Shown here: one piece after another, positions 46,158 to 55,373 of the stretch | How the letters are laid out: each line of letters starts with the position of its first letter | Numbering within the stretch: position 1 is the stretch's first letter | Virus record (IMG/VR): IMGVR_UViG_3300027736_000054 | Coordinates: 1-57,563 of that record | Reading direction: 5' to 3' (one strand) | Source: a virus | Lineage: Duplodnaviria; Caudoviricetes | Length of the DNA stretch: 57,563 nt | Made by a program: the position numbers and the translations under genes | Notes under the pieces: model-generated | The model's database searches: none | What the model saw: only the letters and a program-made list of their open reading frames with translations | What the model was told of the DNA's origin: nothing

Positions 46158-46495
46158 GCGTTACCTCCGCCACCGGCTTGGATAATTGTCATTGTTGCAG
46201 AGCCTGTAGTGCCGGTGTCTAAAACTAAACGAAGGCCCGTACAAGGATACGCTACGTTAGTAACAGTATTTGCAGTAGCGGGAGTGCCGCTAGGAGTTGC
46301 GGGATGGTAAAACCATGTTGCTGAAGAAGGAGTAAACCCAGCAGCAAACACATCGCTAAACGTGTACTGAAGATAGGCATTTACAGTTCCAGTAATTACT
46401 AAGGCAATACCCCAGTTTGTTGGTGAAATGTAGTTATCTACAGGAACCACATTGGAATTTGCAACTCCCGTTACAGATATTCGGATTGGGCGCAT
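46154..46495 (-). CDS. virion structural protein
   Basis: 113-aa beta-rich ORF with GGAG RBS. Confidence 0.7.
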   Translation of the reverse strand: MRPIRISVTGVANSNVVPVDNYISPTNWGIALVITGTVNAYLQYTFSDVFAAGFTPSSATWFYHPATPSGTPATANTVTNVAYPCTGLRLVLDTGTTGSATMTIIQAGGGGNA

Positions 46496-46508
46496 TTTAT
46501 GCTCCTAA

Positions 46509-46994
46509 TCAAACTTGTGATGGATTAGCAGAGCCGTCAGAATCTTTTACAACATACGTCATAGTCAATATGCCAGCACCAGATGTGGCAGTGACGTTAG
46601 CCTGTGTAAACGTAATGATTGCATCGCCTGTACCCACGTTGTTACATAGCACAGCGGCGGCGGCATTATTATTGCCTAGCAGTAAGTTAACAATACCTGT
46701 GTTTGTATATACACTGCCGTTTGCGGCTGTATTGATTGCAACAGCATTAACAAAAAGAGCGTATGTAGGCGTTGTTGTTGCGTAAGCAACAGTGGTGTTA
46801 AACGCAGCGGTCAGAATCTGTGAGCCTGCCGGAATCGTAAAAGCAACCGTAGCCGCCGTAATGTCCGTGTACAAAATGGATTTGCTTTGAGTAACCACAG
46901 TAGCACCCATATTACGGATAGTACCAGCAGTAGTTCCAGTTGTGTTTTTAACAGTGCCCAATAACCAAGGGCCAAGGTGTGTTGCGAATCCCAT
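46509..46994 (-). CDS. putative capsid decoration/structural protein
   Basis: MGFATHLGPW..., IPAGSQI; first gene after the major capsid gene. Confidence 0.65.
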   Translation of the reverse strand: MGFATHLGPWLLGTVKNTTGTTAGTIRNMGATVVTQSKSILYTDITAATVAFTIPAGSQILTAAFNTTVAYATTTPTYALFVNAVAINTAANGSVYTNTGIVNLLLGNNNAAAAVLCNNVGTGDAIITFTQANVTATSGAGILTMTYVVKDSDGSANPSQV

Positions 46995-47002
46995 ATGAAT
47001 AT

Positions 47003-47075
47003 CTCCATGCGTTGTGGCGTATCAATCTGCATGAGGTCAGCCGGACCTGTTTGATACACCGAAAAATTCCGGTTT
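47003..47075 (-). ncRNA. candidate pseudoknotted cis-regulatory RNA leader
   Basis: Three interlocked pairings (47068-72 with 47041-45, 47051-60 with 47016-25, 47029-33 with 47006-10) ending at the RBS. Confidence 0.5.
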
Positions 47076-47079
47076 GTTA

Positions 47080-47107
47080 ACTATAACCTATTTAAAAAAA
47101 AAGGCAA
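47080..47107 (-). promoter_or_regulatory. possible sigma70 promoter
   Basis: TTGCCT-N16-TATAGT on the minus strand immediately after the capsid-gene terminator. Confidence 0.4.
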
Positions 47108-47108
47108 G

Positions 47109-47138
47109 AAAAAAGGAGGCTTTTGGCCCCCTTTTTTT
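47109..47138 (-). terminator. intrinsic terminator after the major capsid gene
   Basis: GGGGGC-CAAAA-GCCTCC hairpin flanked by A and T tracts. Confidence 0.8.
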
Positions 47139-47147
47139 ACTTATTCA

Positions 47148-48059
47148 TTAAGTGCTTCCGGGTGAACCGAAAATTCCTAATGGGTCTGATACACCGAAGC
47201 TGTAACGCTCACGGGCTTTGTAGCGCACGTTGCCTGTATCGAAATCACCATCCATGCTGTTAGCAAGGGGTGTACGAACAAAGTGCTTTAAGCCGTTTGG
47301 TACATCAGTAGTCAAGAACCATCCGTTTACGTCTGTCAAATAGTGATTGACAGTGTAACCTTCTGGGATTGAACCATTGTTTTTAATGGCATTGATATCG
47401 TTGTCAGTTGTGCCAACACGGAGGCTGGTTTCTAACAAACGAGTAGCAACGAACATTAATTGTGGTGGAACAATCAACTTCTTAGGCTTGGCTGCAATCA
47501 ATAAACCACGCTCATCAGTCCAACCGGCAATTTGAATAACTGCGTTTTCCAACGAAGTTTCGTTCAAGTCTGCTGCTGTGGATGGGCGATTACTGTTTGT
47601 ACCACCATTCACCAATGGGTGAGCAGTAGAGCAAAGAGAAACGCCGTCACCATAGGTGTAGGAGCCAGAGAATGCGTTGTTAAGAATCGCTGCGGCTTTT
47701 ACCTGTTTGGTATAAGCCATTGCACGAGCCAATGCTTTGGTATAGCGGCTGGACAAGCTGTCATACAGATTGTCTTCCACTGCTTCTTCAGTGATGGAGA
47801 AGCCCATAGCGATGGTTTCGTGGTTGTAGCGAGCAGTCCATGCCTCTTGCGCATTGTCATAAGCGATGGCAGCGCCTTCGTTTTTAACAGGAGCAGCAGA
47901 GAAGCCAGACAGTTTTGTTTCTTCTTCAAAAGAACGCTCAGAGGTTTCAGTGTCATAAATTTCTTTATGTTCTTCACCGTAACGAGCGTACTCCAAGCCA
48001 AACAAAGCGTTTAAGCCGGGGAGAAGTTCTTTAAGTAGTTGTGCACGTGAAATAGCCAT
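47148..48059 (-). CDS. major capsid protein
   Basis: MAISRAQLLKELLPGLNALFG...PKKLIVPPQL...RYKARERYSFG; HK97-fold (Mu gpT-like) pattern; strong codon bias. Confidence 0.9.
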   Translation of the reverse strand: MAISRAQLLKELLPGLNALFGLEYARYGEEHKEIYDTETSERSFEEETKLSGFSAAPVKNEGAAIAYDNAQEAWTARYNHETIAMGFSITEEAVEDNLYDSLSSRYTKALARAMAYTKQVKAAAILNNAFSGSYTYGDGVSLCSTAHPLVNGGTNSNRPSTAADLNETSLENAVIQIAGWTDERGLLIAAKPKKLIVPPQLMFVATRLLETSLRVGTTDNDINAIKNNGSIPEGYTVNHYLTDVNGWFLTTDVPNGLKHFVRTPLANSMDGDFDTGNVRYKARERYSFGVSDPLGIFGSPGST

Positions 48060-48072
48060 TTTATGTTACTCC

Positions 48073-48897
48073 TTATGCAACAGCTGTACCAGCATAGTAT
48101 TTGTGTAAACCAAAATTGATTTTCACGAGTACCTCTGGGTATTGATTAAAGACAATTGTTGAACTTGCAGCAAATGCTACTAGCGGCGCTGTATTAAGCA
48201 CAACCGTTGTAGAGTTTGTTACAGATGCAACATACGAACCGCTGGCAATGTACTGACCATTTGCCGCAATGGAGCCAACATCAGCGCCAACTGCTGGCGT
48301 AAACGAAAGAGCCGAAGCAAGCGTAACGGTAGAGGTAGCGATACTGGAGTAAACGCCCGTACCTTGTGCCACCATAGAGTCAGGAACCAACCCAATAACA
48401 CGAATTGGCAAAGCCGCAGTAAGTGCTAGGGAAGTATCTGCCAAAACAGCGTTAGCTGAATTACCTGTGCTAGTGCTACCTGTATTGTTAACTGCTGCTA
48501 AGTTTTGACCAATCATGGCACGAGCGCCAGAAGTCACCACTGTAGTACCAGAAACCATCACAGCTTGAAACACTGTATCAGGGTCATCACAAACAATAGC
48601 CACCGCATCACCAGCAAGCGTAGACGCAGGCCAGTATTGACTAAATTGCTTTTGTTTGGTTAAAGGGTTGGTGTACGAACATCCGAGGAAAACCCCCATC
48701 AATGTACCAACAACACCTGTTGTAACGCTTATGCGTTCCAAATTCCCACGTACCAATGTTACAAAATCACCATAAAAGATGCTTGTAGCATAGCCGTAGG
48801 TGATAGGTAGTTCACGGGTTGAACCCGCAAATACCTGACCGCCAATCAAGTTGACTGGTCGTAGCCCGTAAGGGGCGTTAACCACTGGATAAGCCAT
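48073..48897 (-). CDS. auxiliary capsid/decoration protein
   Basis: APYGLRPV...IFYGD...DDPD; immediately upstream of the major capsid gene. Confidence 0.6.
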   Translation of the reverse strand: MAYPVVNAPYGLRPVNLIGGQVFAGSTRELPITYGYATSIFYGDFVTLVRGNLERISVTTGVVGTLMGVFLGCSYTNPLTKQKQFSQYWPASTLAGDAVAIVCDDPDTVFQAVMVSGTTVVTSGARAMIGQNLAAVNNTGSTSTGNSANAVLADTSLALTAALPIRVIGLVPDSMVAQGTGVYSSIATSTVTLASALSFTPAVGADVGSIAANGQYIASGSYVASVTNSTTVVLNTAPLVAFAASSTIVFNQYPEVLVKINFGLHKYYAGTAVA

Positions 48898-48918
48898 TTA
48901 AGACTCCTTTGAAAAAAA

Positions 48919-49377
48919 TTAAAGACCTTTGCCAAAAGTTACCTTAGAGCTACGTTCTTTAAACATAGGCATCCGAGGGTCGCTCTCACGCATATAAGTA
49001 TTGTCAACTGATGACATTTGCGCATCAGCTTGTTGCCGATAATGCGCATCACGGTCAGCGACAAATTCGACTGGGGTTTTGCAAGCAATCAATCCACCAA
49101 TCTGTATGCTGTCAGGAAATCGGTTTCCGCCGATATTTAACAATGCAACTTCTGGGTGGTCTGAAGCTTTTACAGGCTCCCAACCTTCTGCAAATTTTGA
49201 GGAAATATTAATGGCATCATCACTACCAAGAATGCTAAGACGAATCCAACGAAACGCATACCCGTCCTCTGGTGCAAGGTCTGGTAGAAGTTGGGGAGGT
49301 CTCCATTTACGGGGACGCTCTGTAGTCTCACGAATGTCAGCATCACGCTTTGTGCGCTTTTGGGTTTCTTCAGTCAT
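48919..49377 (-). CDS. conserved head-module protein
   Basis: GYAFRWIR...EGWEPV...GGLIACK; lies between scaffold and capsid genes. Confidence 0.7.
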   Translation of the reverse strand: MTEETQKRTKRDADIRETTERPRKWRPPQLLPDLAPEDGYAFRWIRLSILGSDDAINISSKFAEGWEPVKASDHPEVALLNIGGNRFPDSIQIGGLIACKTPVEFVADRDAHYRQQADAQMSSVDNTYMRESDPRMPMFKERSSKVTFGKGL

Positions 49378-50354
49378 TAAATTGTCCTCATTTGTTCCGC
49401 AACCTTACGGGCATAAAGTTCCAATGGAACCCCCAACCGCTTGGCGATGTTTACTTGGGTTTGAGTGAGCGTTACCTTCTTAGGGGCAGAGCTTCTCGTT
49501 GCTGGCGCAACCACATTCGATTTTGGCCGCTTGACTTCCCTTTCAGGTTCATCAGCAGGTTCTCCAGACTCGAAGTTTTCTGGAAACACTTGTCGCATAC
49601 GGGCATTTACACGCTCGTAGTAGTGGTCGGAAGTCGGGTCTACTCCATTTTTAACTAGCTTGTTGTGGAGTCCAAGCGCAAAACTAGTCATTTCGTCGTC
49701 CTGTCCGAACCAGTTGTTATTCTCTCTCCACTTCTGTGCTTTTAGGTCAACATAAGCGGGTTGTGAATCAACTTGTTGCGTTTTTACCGCATTTTCTTCC
49801 TCTTGTAAAGGGGTTACCCGTAAATTATTTACTCTTTCTGCTTTTATTTTGACAGAAGTGAGGTTTTCTTGGGCATCTACCAGTGCATCAGAGTCTCCAG
49901 CCTCATACGCTTGCTTGTATTGACGCTTTGCTTCCTCTAATTCATTAGCAATTACCTTCTTTGCCTGCTCATGCAGTACAGTTTGGCCTTGATTTAGTGA
50001 ACCTTTGAGCTTTTTGTTCTCTTCAACCACTAAATGAGCCGCCCGTACAGCCTCTTCACGCTCTTTTGAGGCTTGTTCAGCCCTGCGCCTTTCTTCGTGA
50101 TAGCCTTTTTGCAAATGTTGCAGGCGTTTTCTAACCTTTTCACCATAACCACTTAGTTCGTCCTCATCCAAATCCTTGGGAGGGTCGTTCATTTCCTTGT
50201 AGTTGTCAGGTTTTTCAGGAGTATCGTCAACAATTTCAATATCAGCCTCATCAGCTTCCATCTCAATCTTTATATCCTCCTCCGGTTTAACAACTTTCCC
50301 ACCTTTGCGGGGGTTTTCTTTTTCGTCAGGGAATTCAAATTCAACTTTTTCCAT
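49377..50354 (-). CDS. capsid scaffolding protein (putative)
   Basis: Acidic coiled coil; C-terminal LTQTQVNIAKRLGVPLELYA. Confidence 0.7.
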   Translation of the reverse strand: MEKVEFEFPDEKENPRKGGKVVKPEEDIKIEMEADEADIEIVDDTPEKPDNYKEMNDPPKDLDEDELSGYGEKVRKRLQHLQKGYHEERRRAEQASKEREEAVRAAHLVVEENKKLKGSLNQGQTVLHEQAKKVIANELEEAKRQYKQAYEAGDSDALVDAQENLTSVKIKAERVNNLRVTPLQEEENAVKTQQVDSQPAYVDLKAQKWRENNNWFGQDDEMTSFALGLHNKLVKNGVDPTSDHYYERVNARMRQVFPENFESGEPADEPEREVKRPKSNVVAPATRSSAPKKVTLTQTQVNIAKRLGVPLELYARKVAEQMRTI

Positions 50355-50364
50355 AATCTACTCC

Positions 50365-50775
50365 TTAAACTCTTGTAATACCACGAGGGTCTTGCACAAC
50401 AGCTTCTACAGAGTCATCATTTATTATTCTGAACTCTTGGCCGTGAATTTTGATGCGGGTTCCGCTGTTAGGTCTAACTAAAACAAAATCTCCCTTCTTG
50501 CACGATGGCCCGCTTGGAAAACGTTTTTCGTCTTTATAACAATCAGGTCCCATTTTTGCCACAAACAGCACTGGTGACAGTAACTCCTCGTATTGCATAG
50601 TGGTTCCAGACTTTACAAGCCCGCTGTCATATTCCTCATCAGCTTTTGGAAGAACGCACAAAAGATGATAAGTAACAGGGTCAGGTACTTGTTTGGCTTT
50701 TTCCTCTGCCGAACCCGGCAAAACAGACACCGGACCCTCAGGGTCTAAAGTCTGACCAATCAATAACTCTTCCAT
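50365..50775 (-). CDS. GroES-like co-chaperonin
   Basis: KKGDFVLVRPNSGTRIKIHGQEFRIINDDSVEAVV resembles the GroES C-terminus; SGLV mobile-loop-like segment. Confidence 0.75.
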   Translation of the reverse strand: MEELLIGQTLDPEGPVSVLPGSAEEKAKQVPDPVTYHLLCVLPKADEEYDSGLVKSGTTMQYEELLSPVLFVAKMGPDCYKDEKRFPSGPSCKKGDFVLVRPNSGTRIKIHGQEFRIINDDSVEAVVQDPRGITRV

Positions 50776-50800
50776 AAATTTCCTTGTCGCAAAAGGCTAC

Positions 50801-50838
50801 AAAAAAACGCACTAACACGCCTCCGAAATATTAGTGCG
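50801..50838 (-). terminator. intrinsic terminator
   Basis: CGCACTAA...TTAGTGCG stem followed by T7 on the minus strand. Confidence 0.65.
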
Positions 50839-50847
50839 CCTTGAAAA

Positions 50848-51051
50848 TCATTCTTGGTCTTCAGAGTCCCTCATGTTTTTTCCCAACTCTTTAATTTCCA
50901 TTTGGGCCATCTTTAAACCACGAATTGCTCCACACAAATCTTTATATTGTGCGTAATCATTAGCAGCACCATCGTTTAAAACAGACTGGTACTGCCCTAT
51001 GTAGTCTTCTAATTTAGAAGTAAGAATCTCTAAAATCTTGTGTTCAATCAT
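50848..51051 (-). CDS. small hypothetical protein after portal
   Basis: DYAQYKDLCGAIRGL motif. Confidence 0.7.
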   Translation of the reverse strand: MIEHKILEILTSKLEDYIGQYQSVLNDGAANDYAQYKDLCGAIRGLKMAQMEIKELGKNMRDSEDQE

Positions 51052-53510
51052 TGGTTAGGCTCCGGTTTTTGTTGAGCTTGCATCGCCATTTGTTGCTGGG
51101 CTTGCTGGGCTTGCTGGGCTTGCTGTTGCTGTGCCTGCGCAATCTTTTGCTGATGCACTTCATCCCTTTGAATCATTTCTTGAATGTGTTTTTCAACAAC
51201 AGCAGACGGGTCTTCAGTTGGCTGTGATTTCAAATCCAACTCAGCCTCTTTAATTGCCAATTCAGTTTGTTTAGCTTGAAAATCGTTTTGCATTTTCTGC
51301 TCTTTAATAGCAACCTCTTTGGCTTTAATCTGCAACTCTTGTTGCTGAATTTGGATAAGCGGGTCTTGTGCCGCTTGTTGAGCCTGTTGCTGTTGCTGTT
51401 GCGCCATGTTCTTTTTCAACAATTGAGCAGAGCCTTGAGCAACCAATCTTGACAATTGCACTTCGACATCTTCTGGCAGTTTTTCGTTTGGCGGTGGCAA
51501 TGGAACGCCCATCTCGTCTTCCACTTTCTTTCTATAACTAAATGCCAAATGCTCTGCAATGTGAGCCATGATGGCCGCTTGCATTTGCTGTGCCATTGGG
51601 TTTTGACCAATAGTTGCCGCCATCATTGGGTCTTGCATAAACGATTGATGCGCTCCAATGTGAGCCTCGTGGTCTTGATAAATAAACGCCTTTGTCGGTT
51701 CGCCTCTTAAGAAAGCCATGTTTTCACTAATCGGGTCCCGTGGTGTTTGGTCATCTTTAGTTGGTATTAATTTATCCGCATTCTTAACGCCCAACACTTC
51801 AATCATCTGTCTATGCAATTCAGGCAAATTGTAAATTTGCGGCGCCTGACCAGCCAACTGAATAACAGCTTGATACTGCATAATCCTTTGAGCCATAGTC
51901 GCAGAGTTAGGGTCTGACACTGGAATAACTTCCACCATGTCATAGTCTGATTGCTTGGCTTTTCTATCTCCGCCGTCTGGGTCATATTCATACTCAGTCG
52001 GCGCATAGTCTCTAATAATATTCTTAAGAATCTTAAACTCTTGCTTCATTGAATAATGAACACGAGCTTGCACCGCACTCATTGTCTTCAACTGTCTCTC
52101 AAGAATAGCCAGCGTAGTTCCAACTGGAGAGTTAGCACTCATATCACTAATCTTCATATCAGCAATAGAGCCAAGTCTTCTTCCCTCTTCAGTAATTTTT
52201 TCAAGCAATTGTGCTAAAACTTGGCTAGGTTCTTTATATGGTAAAGCCATAATGTTGTCTTTAATAGACCCACTTGGCACATCCACATCTCGCCATTCTC
52301 CGGGTGCAATCGGTGTATCGTCACCCTTAACACGCAACCCTCTAGACTTCAATCCGCCGGGTAAATTAGACAACGTACCACAATCAATCAATTGACGAAT
52401 CAACGATGTTCCAGCTCTAGCATATCCACCAATCAAATGAATATATCCAAATCCATAAGCTCCAAAGCCGGGTATGTAATCGTACTGAACTAAATGCTGT
52501 CTCTTCAGACGCATCTTGTCTTCTTCATCCCAATTACGATAGATAGATAAAATACTTCCTGTACCCACATCAATAGTCACTATATAAGGTACAGCAATTT
52601 CATCATCATCTTCATAACCGGCAATATCTAAATCAATCTGTACTTCGTAAATTTGATATCGGTCATCATCATTAATACTGTAGCCTTGGTCTCCGGCTTT
52701 CTTCTTCTCTACATCAGTATGCGTAGCAACAGGTTCACCTAAATCTATATCACTATAAAATCCTGCAACTTGTAACTTTCTAATATCATTCTTTGTCTTT
52801 CTCATTACATGAGTAACACGTTCAGCAGTTCTCGCACCACTAGAACCGTAAGGGATTATTACGTCCTCCGCAGGTATATACAAAGCCGTTTGTCTATTCA
52901 ATGCTGGGTCAAAATAAACTTTCTTAAACGCAGAGCCAGCCAATCCTAAATTAAATAACATCCTCTCATGCTCTGTTCTATATTCAGGCATCTCTTCCGT
53001 TAACTGATAATTCATATCAGCACGAACCCTATCCGCAGCTTCTTCTTTTAATTTAGTAACAGCACCAATAATTTCTGTCTTAACAGGACCTTGTGCCGGA
53101 AATGTTTCAATAATAGTTTCCGATTGAAACCGCACAGCCGCCTCAGTTAATATCGTAGAGTAAACACCACAAGCCCCATTCCAAGGTTGCGTTCTTTCCT
53201 CATACTTCATTCCTAAAACTTCTAAGCCCTTAACAAACATTTCCGTCCAGTCTTTTCTGGAAGCAATGTCTGCATCAATTAACTCTATAATTTCAGACCC
53301 TAAACTCTCTAACTCGCCCTCATCCATATAATCGGCCAGATTAGAATCAAACTGCTCACCCTTAGTTTTTTCTTTCTTGGGTTCTAAGTCAATCTCCATC
53401 CCATCCATTCCAATATGGACAGCTTCCGGGTCTTCAATCTCAATCTCAATTCCTTGGCCTAAAGATTCCAAACCCAAAGGAGCCTCGTACAAACTTTTTG
53501 CGATATCCAT
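51048..53510 (-). CDS. portal protein
   Basis: 820 aa after TerL; GSAFKKVYFD, GFGYIHLIGG; Q-rich C-terminal barrel. Confidence 0.85.
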   Translation of the reverse strand: MDIAKSLYEAPLGLESLGQGIEIEIEDPEAVHIGMDGMEIDLEPKKEKTKGEQFDSNLADYMDEGELESLGSEIIELIDADIASRKDWTEMFVKGLEVLGMKYEERTQPWNGACGVYSTILTEAAVRFQSETIIETFPAQGPVKTEIIGAVTKLKEEAADRVRADMNYQLTEEMPEYRTEHERMLFNLGLAGSAFKKVYFDPALNRQTALYIPAEDVIIPYGSSGARTAERVTHVMRKTKNDIRKLQVAGFYSDIDLGEPVATHTDVEKKKAGDQGYSINDDDRYQIYEVQIDLDIAGYEDDDEIAVPYIVTIDVGTGSILSIYRNWDEEDKMRLKRQHLVQYDYIPGFGAYGFGYIHLIGGYARAGTSLIRQLIDCGTLSNLPGGLKSRGLRVKGDDTPIAPGEWRDVDVPSGSIKDNIMALPYKEPSQVLAQLLEKITEEGRRLGSIADMKISDMSANSPVGTTLAILERQLKTMSAVQARVHYSMKQEFKILKNIIRDYAPTEYEYDPDGGDRKAKQSDYDMVEVIPVSDPNSATMAQRIMQYQAVIQLAGQAPQIYNLPELHRQMIEVLGVKNADKLIPTKDDQTPRDPISENMAFLRGEPTKAFIYQDHEAHIGAHQSFMQDPMMAATIGQNPMAQQMQAAIMAHIAEHLAFSYRKKVEDEMGVPLPPPNEKLPEDVEVQLSRLVAQGSAQLLKKNMAQQQQQQAQQAAQDPLIQIQQQELQIKAKEVAIKEQKMQNDFQAKQTELAIKEAELDLKSQPTEDPSAVVEKHIQEMIQRDEVHQQKIAQAQQQQAQQAQQAQQQMAMQAQQKPEPNQ

Positions 53511-53519
53511 TTTTTATCC

Positions 53520-55013
53520 TTAATAATAAATCTGTTTGCGCCTGAAACTTTGAAGCTCTTCTCGCTCATCCGTTGCAAGCCGTAAAAACCCGCCCTTCCT
53601 GAATCTTATCAGCGCTTGGGTACTTGAGTCCACTAAATCATCATTCGGCGCATTAGGAAATGCAGCCATCTCTTCTATCAATTCATCCGCCCATCTCGTC
53701 TCCGGCGCCCACACCTTACCAGACGCAAACAAATCAGCAACAGAATTAATCCTCACAAACTTATCATTCCCCCTGCTCGGCGTATATTCACTCACCACAA
53801 TCCCCATCTGCCGCAATTCAAATATCAAAGGACTTCCAGCAGCCTTCGCCTCAATCACAAAAGCATCCGGCTCCCAATCCATATAGTTCCGATACGCCTT
53901 CTCCTTAAGTTCAGGAAACTCCATCCTCTTCTTAAACGCATCCAACAAAATAATATGAGCATCCTCTTCATTCTCATTTAAATAAAACACACCCCAAGTC
54001 GTACACGCACTATAGTCACTTCTCTCATTCTTCGTAAACGCCGTGTCCCAACTCTGAATAATAAAAGAACAATCCGGTGGGTCATCCTTCAACCACCTCT
54101 TCCACCACTCCCGCTTAACAATAGCACCCTCCTCACCAGTGGGATTTTGCTGATACTGCGCATTCCACTTGGCTGGTGGTAACTCCTCCCTTAGAGCAGC
54201 CAGTTGCTCCAACGGCCAGAACTCAGGCCACAACGGATTACCACTCGGCATAATCGCAGGCAGCTCAATAATCTCCCACTCATCTCCCTTGTCCCTACCT
54301 AGTGCATCCTTAATCACTCTACCAGTTAAGTCCCTATCGCCCCAACGGGTCATCACAATAACAATAGCACCACCCGGCTGTAAACGTTGCCGTGGTCCAG
54401 ATGTATACCACTCATACACCTTATCGTAAATACTTGGGTCGCCAGCAGCCAATGCAGCCTCTTGCTCCGAATGCGGGTCATCAATAATTAAAAGGTCAGC
54501 ACCCTTACCCGTCACCGTTCCCCCAACACCAATAGCAAAATATTCCCCGCCCCCACTAGTGGCCCACCGGCCAGCAGCTTTACTATCCTGTCTCAAATTA
54601 ACATTAGGAAACACCTCAGAATATTGCTCACTACCAACCAAGTTCCTAACCTTACGCCCAAACCCAACAGCCAAGTCAGCCGTGTTAGAACACTGAATCA
54701 CCTTCTTATTAGGAAACCTACCCAAAAACCAACTAGGCAATAAATAACTAGCAAACTCCGACTTCGTATGCCGTGGAGGCATATTAATAATAACCCGCCT
54801 AATCTTCCCATCAGCAATATCCTCAAACTTCTTAGCCATCAAAGCATGATGCCTGCCAGATATAAACCCCGGCCACATAGTCTTCACATACTCCAAAAAC
54901 TTGGTCTGACCCTTCTCCCTCTTCACAGCATTCTGAAAGTTAACAACCTTCTCCATGAACGCCTCATACTCAGCAGGGTCCAACTTCTCAATCAACTCCT
55001 CCAACTTACTCAC
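53520..55013 (-). CDS. terL: terminase large subunit
   Basis: INMPPRHTKSE Walker A, LLIIDDPH Walker B, QSWDTA and DDLVDS nuclease motifs. Confidence 0.95.
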   Translation of the reverse strand: MSKLEELIEKLDPAEYEAFMEKVVNFQNAVKREKGQTKFLEYVKTMWPGFISGRHHALMAKKFEDIADGKIRRVIINMPPRHTKSEFASYLLPSWFLGRFPNKKVIQCSNTADLAVGFGRKVRNLVGSEQYSEVFPNVNLRQDSKAAGRWATSGGGEYFAIGVGGTVTGKGADLLIIDDPHSEQEAALAAGDPSIYDKVYEWYTSGPRQRLQPGGAIVIVMTRWGDRDLTGRVIKDALGRDKGDEWEIIELPAIMPSGNPLWPEFWPLEQLAALREELPPAKWNAQYQQNPTGEEGAIVKREWWKRWLKDDPPDCSFIIQSWDTAFTKNERSDYSACTTWGVFYLNENEEDAHIILLDAFKKRMEFPELKEKAYRNYMDWEPDAFVIEAKAAGSPLIFELRQMGIVVSEYTPSRGNDKFVRINSVADLFASGKVWAPETRWADELIEEMAAFPNAPNDDLVDSSTQALIRFRKGGFLRLATDEREELQSFRRKQIYY

Positions 55014-55282
55014 TCTAAATTCCTAAAGTTAATATACACCGGCCTAATACTCCTCTTCCCCTCTAACTTCTTCACAACACCCAACCCGCACAACCTATCA
55101 ACAATCTTCTTCGTATTAGCAATACTATTTTTCCCACGCTGATTAGTTATATCCCTCAATGTCGGACTAAAGTGGAAACGTTTCCACCACTCATCTATAA
55201 TTAAAAACACCTCATTTTGCGCTGGACTCATCTTTATTTCCAAACATTGTTCGTAAGTTAAATCTTTCTTCTTCTCTACCAT
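55010..55282 (-). CDS. LexA N-terminal-like winged-HTH DNA-binding protein
   Basis: MSPAQNEVFLII...FSPTLRDI...IVDRLCGLGVVKK; no peptidase domain. Start probably at 55282 rather than 55384. Confidence 0.65.
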   Translation of the reverse strand: MVEKKKDLTYEQCLEIKMSPAQNEVFLIIDEWWKRFHFSPTLRDITNQRGKNSIANTKKIVDRLCGLGVVKKLEGKRSIRPVYINFRNLE

Positions 55283-55309
55283 GCTTCTATTTAATACTAA
55301 TGGGGGGGT

Positions 55310-55327
55310 GATGGAAACGTTTCCATC
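55310..55327. promoter_or_regulatory. perfect 18-bp palindrome, member of the TGGWAACGTTWCCA family
   Basis: GATGGAAACGTTTCCATC; other copies at 1229, 3081, 6562, 16831, 21262, 55173 and (one mismatch) 348. Confidence 0.75.
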
Positions 55328-55373
55328 CACATCTAAAAGTTTTAAATTTTTATACCCCCCTACCCCCTTCGTA

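Noticed and set aside
12320-54429. Numerous short plus-strand and alternate-frame ORFs overlapping the structural genes
   Set aside because: Shadow ORFs of long, motif-bearing minus-strand genes, with no recognisable motifs.
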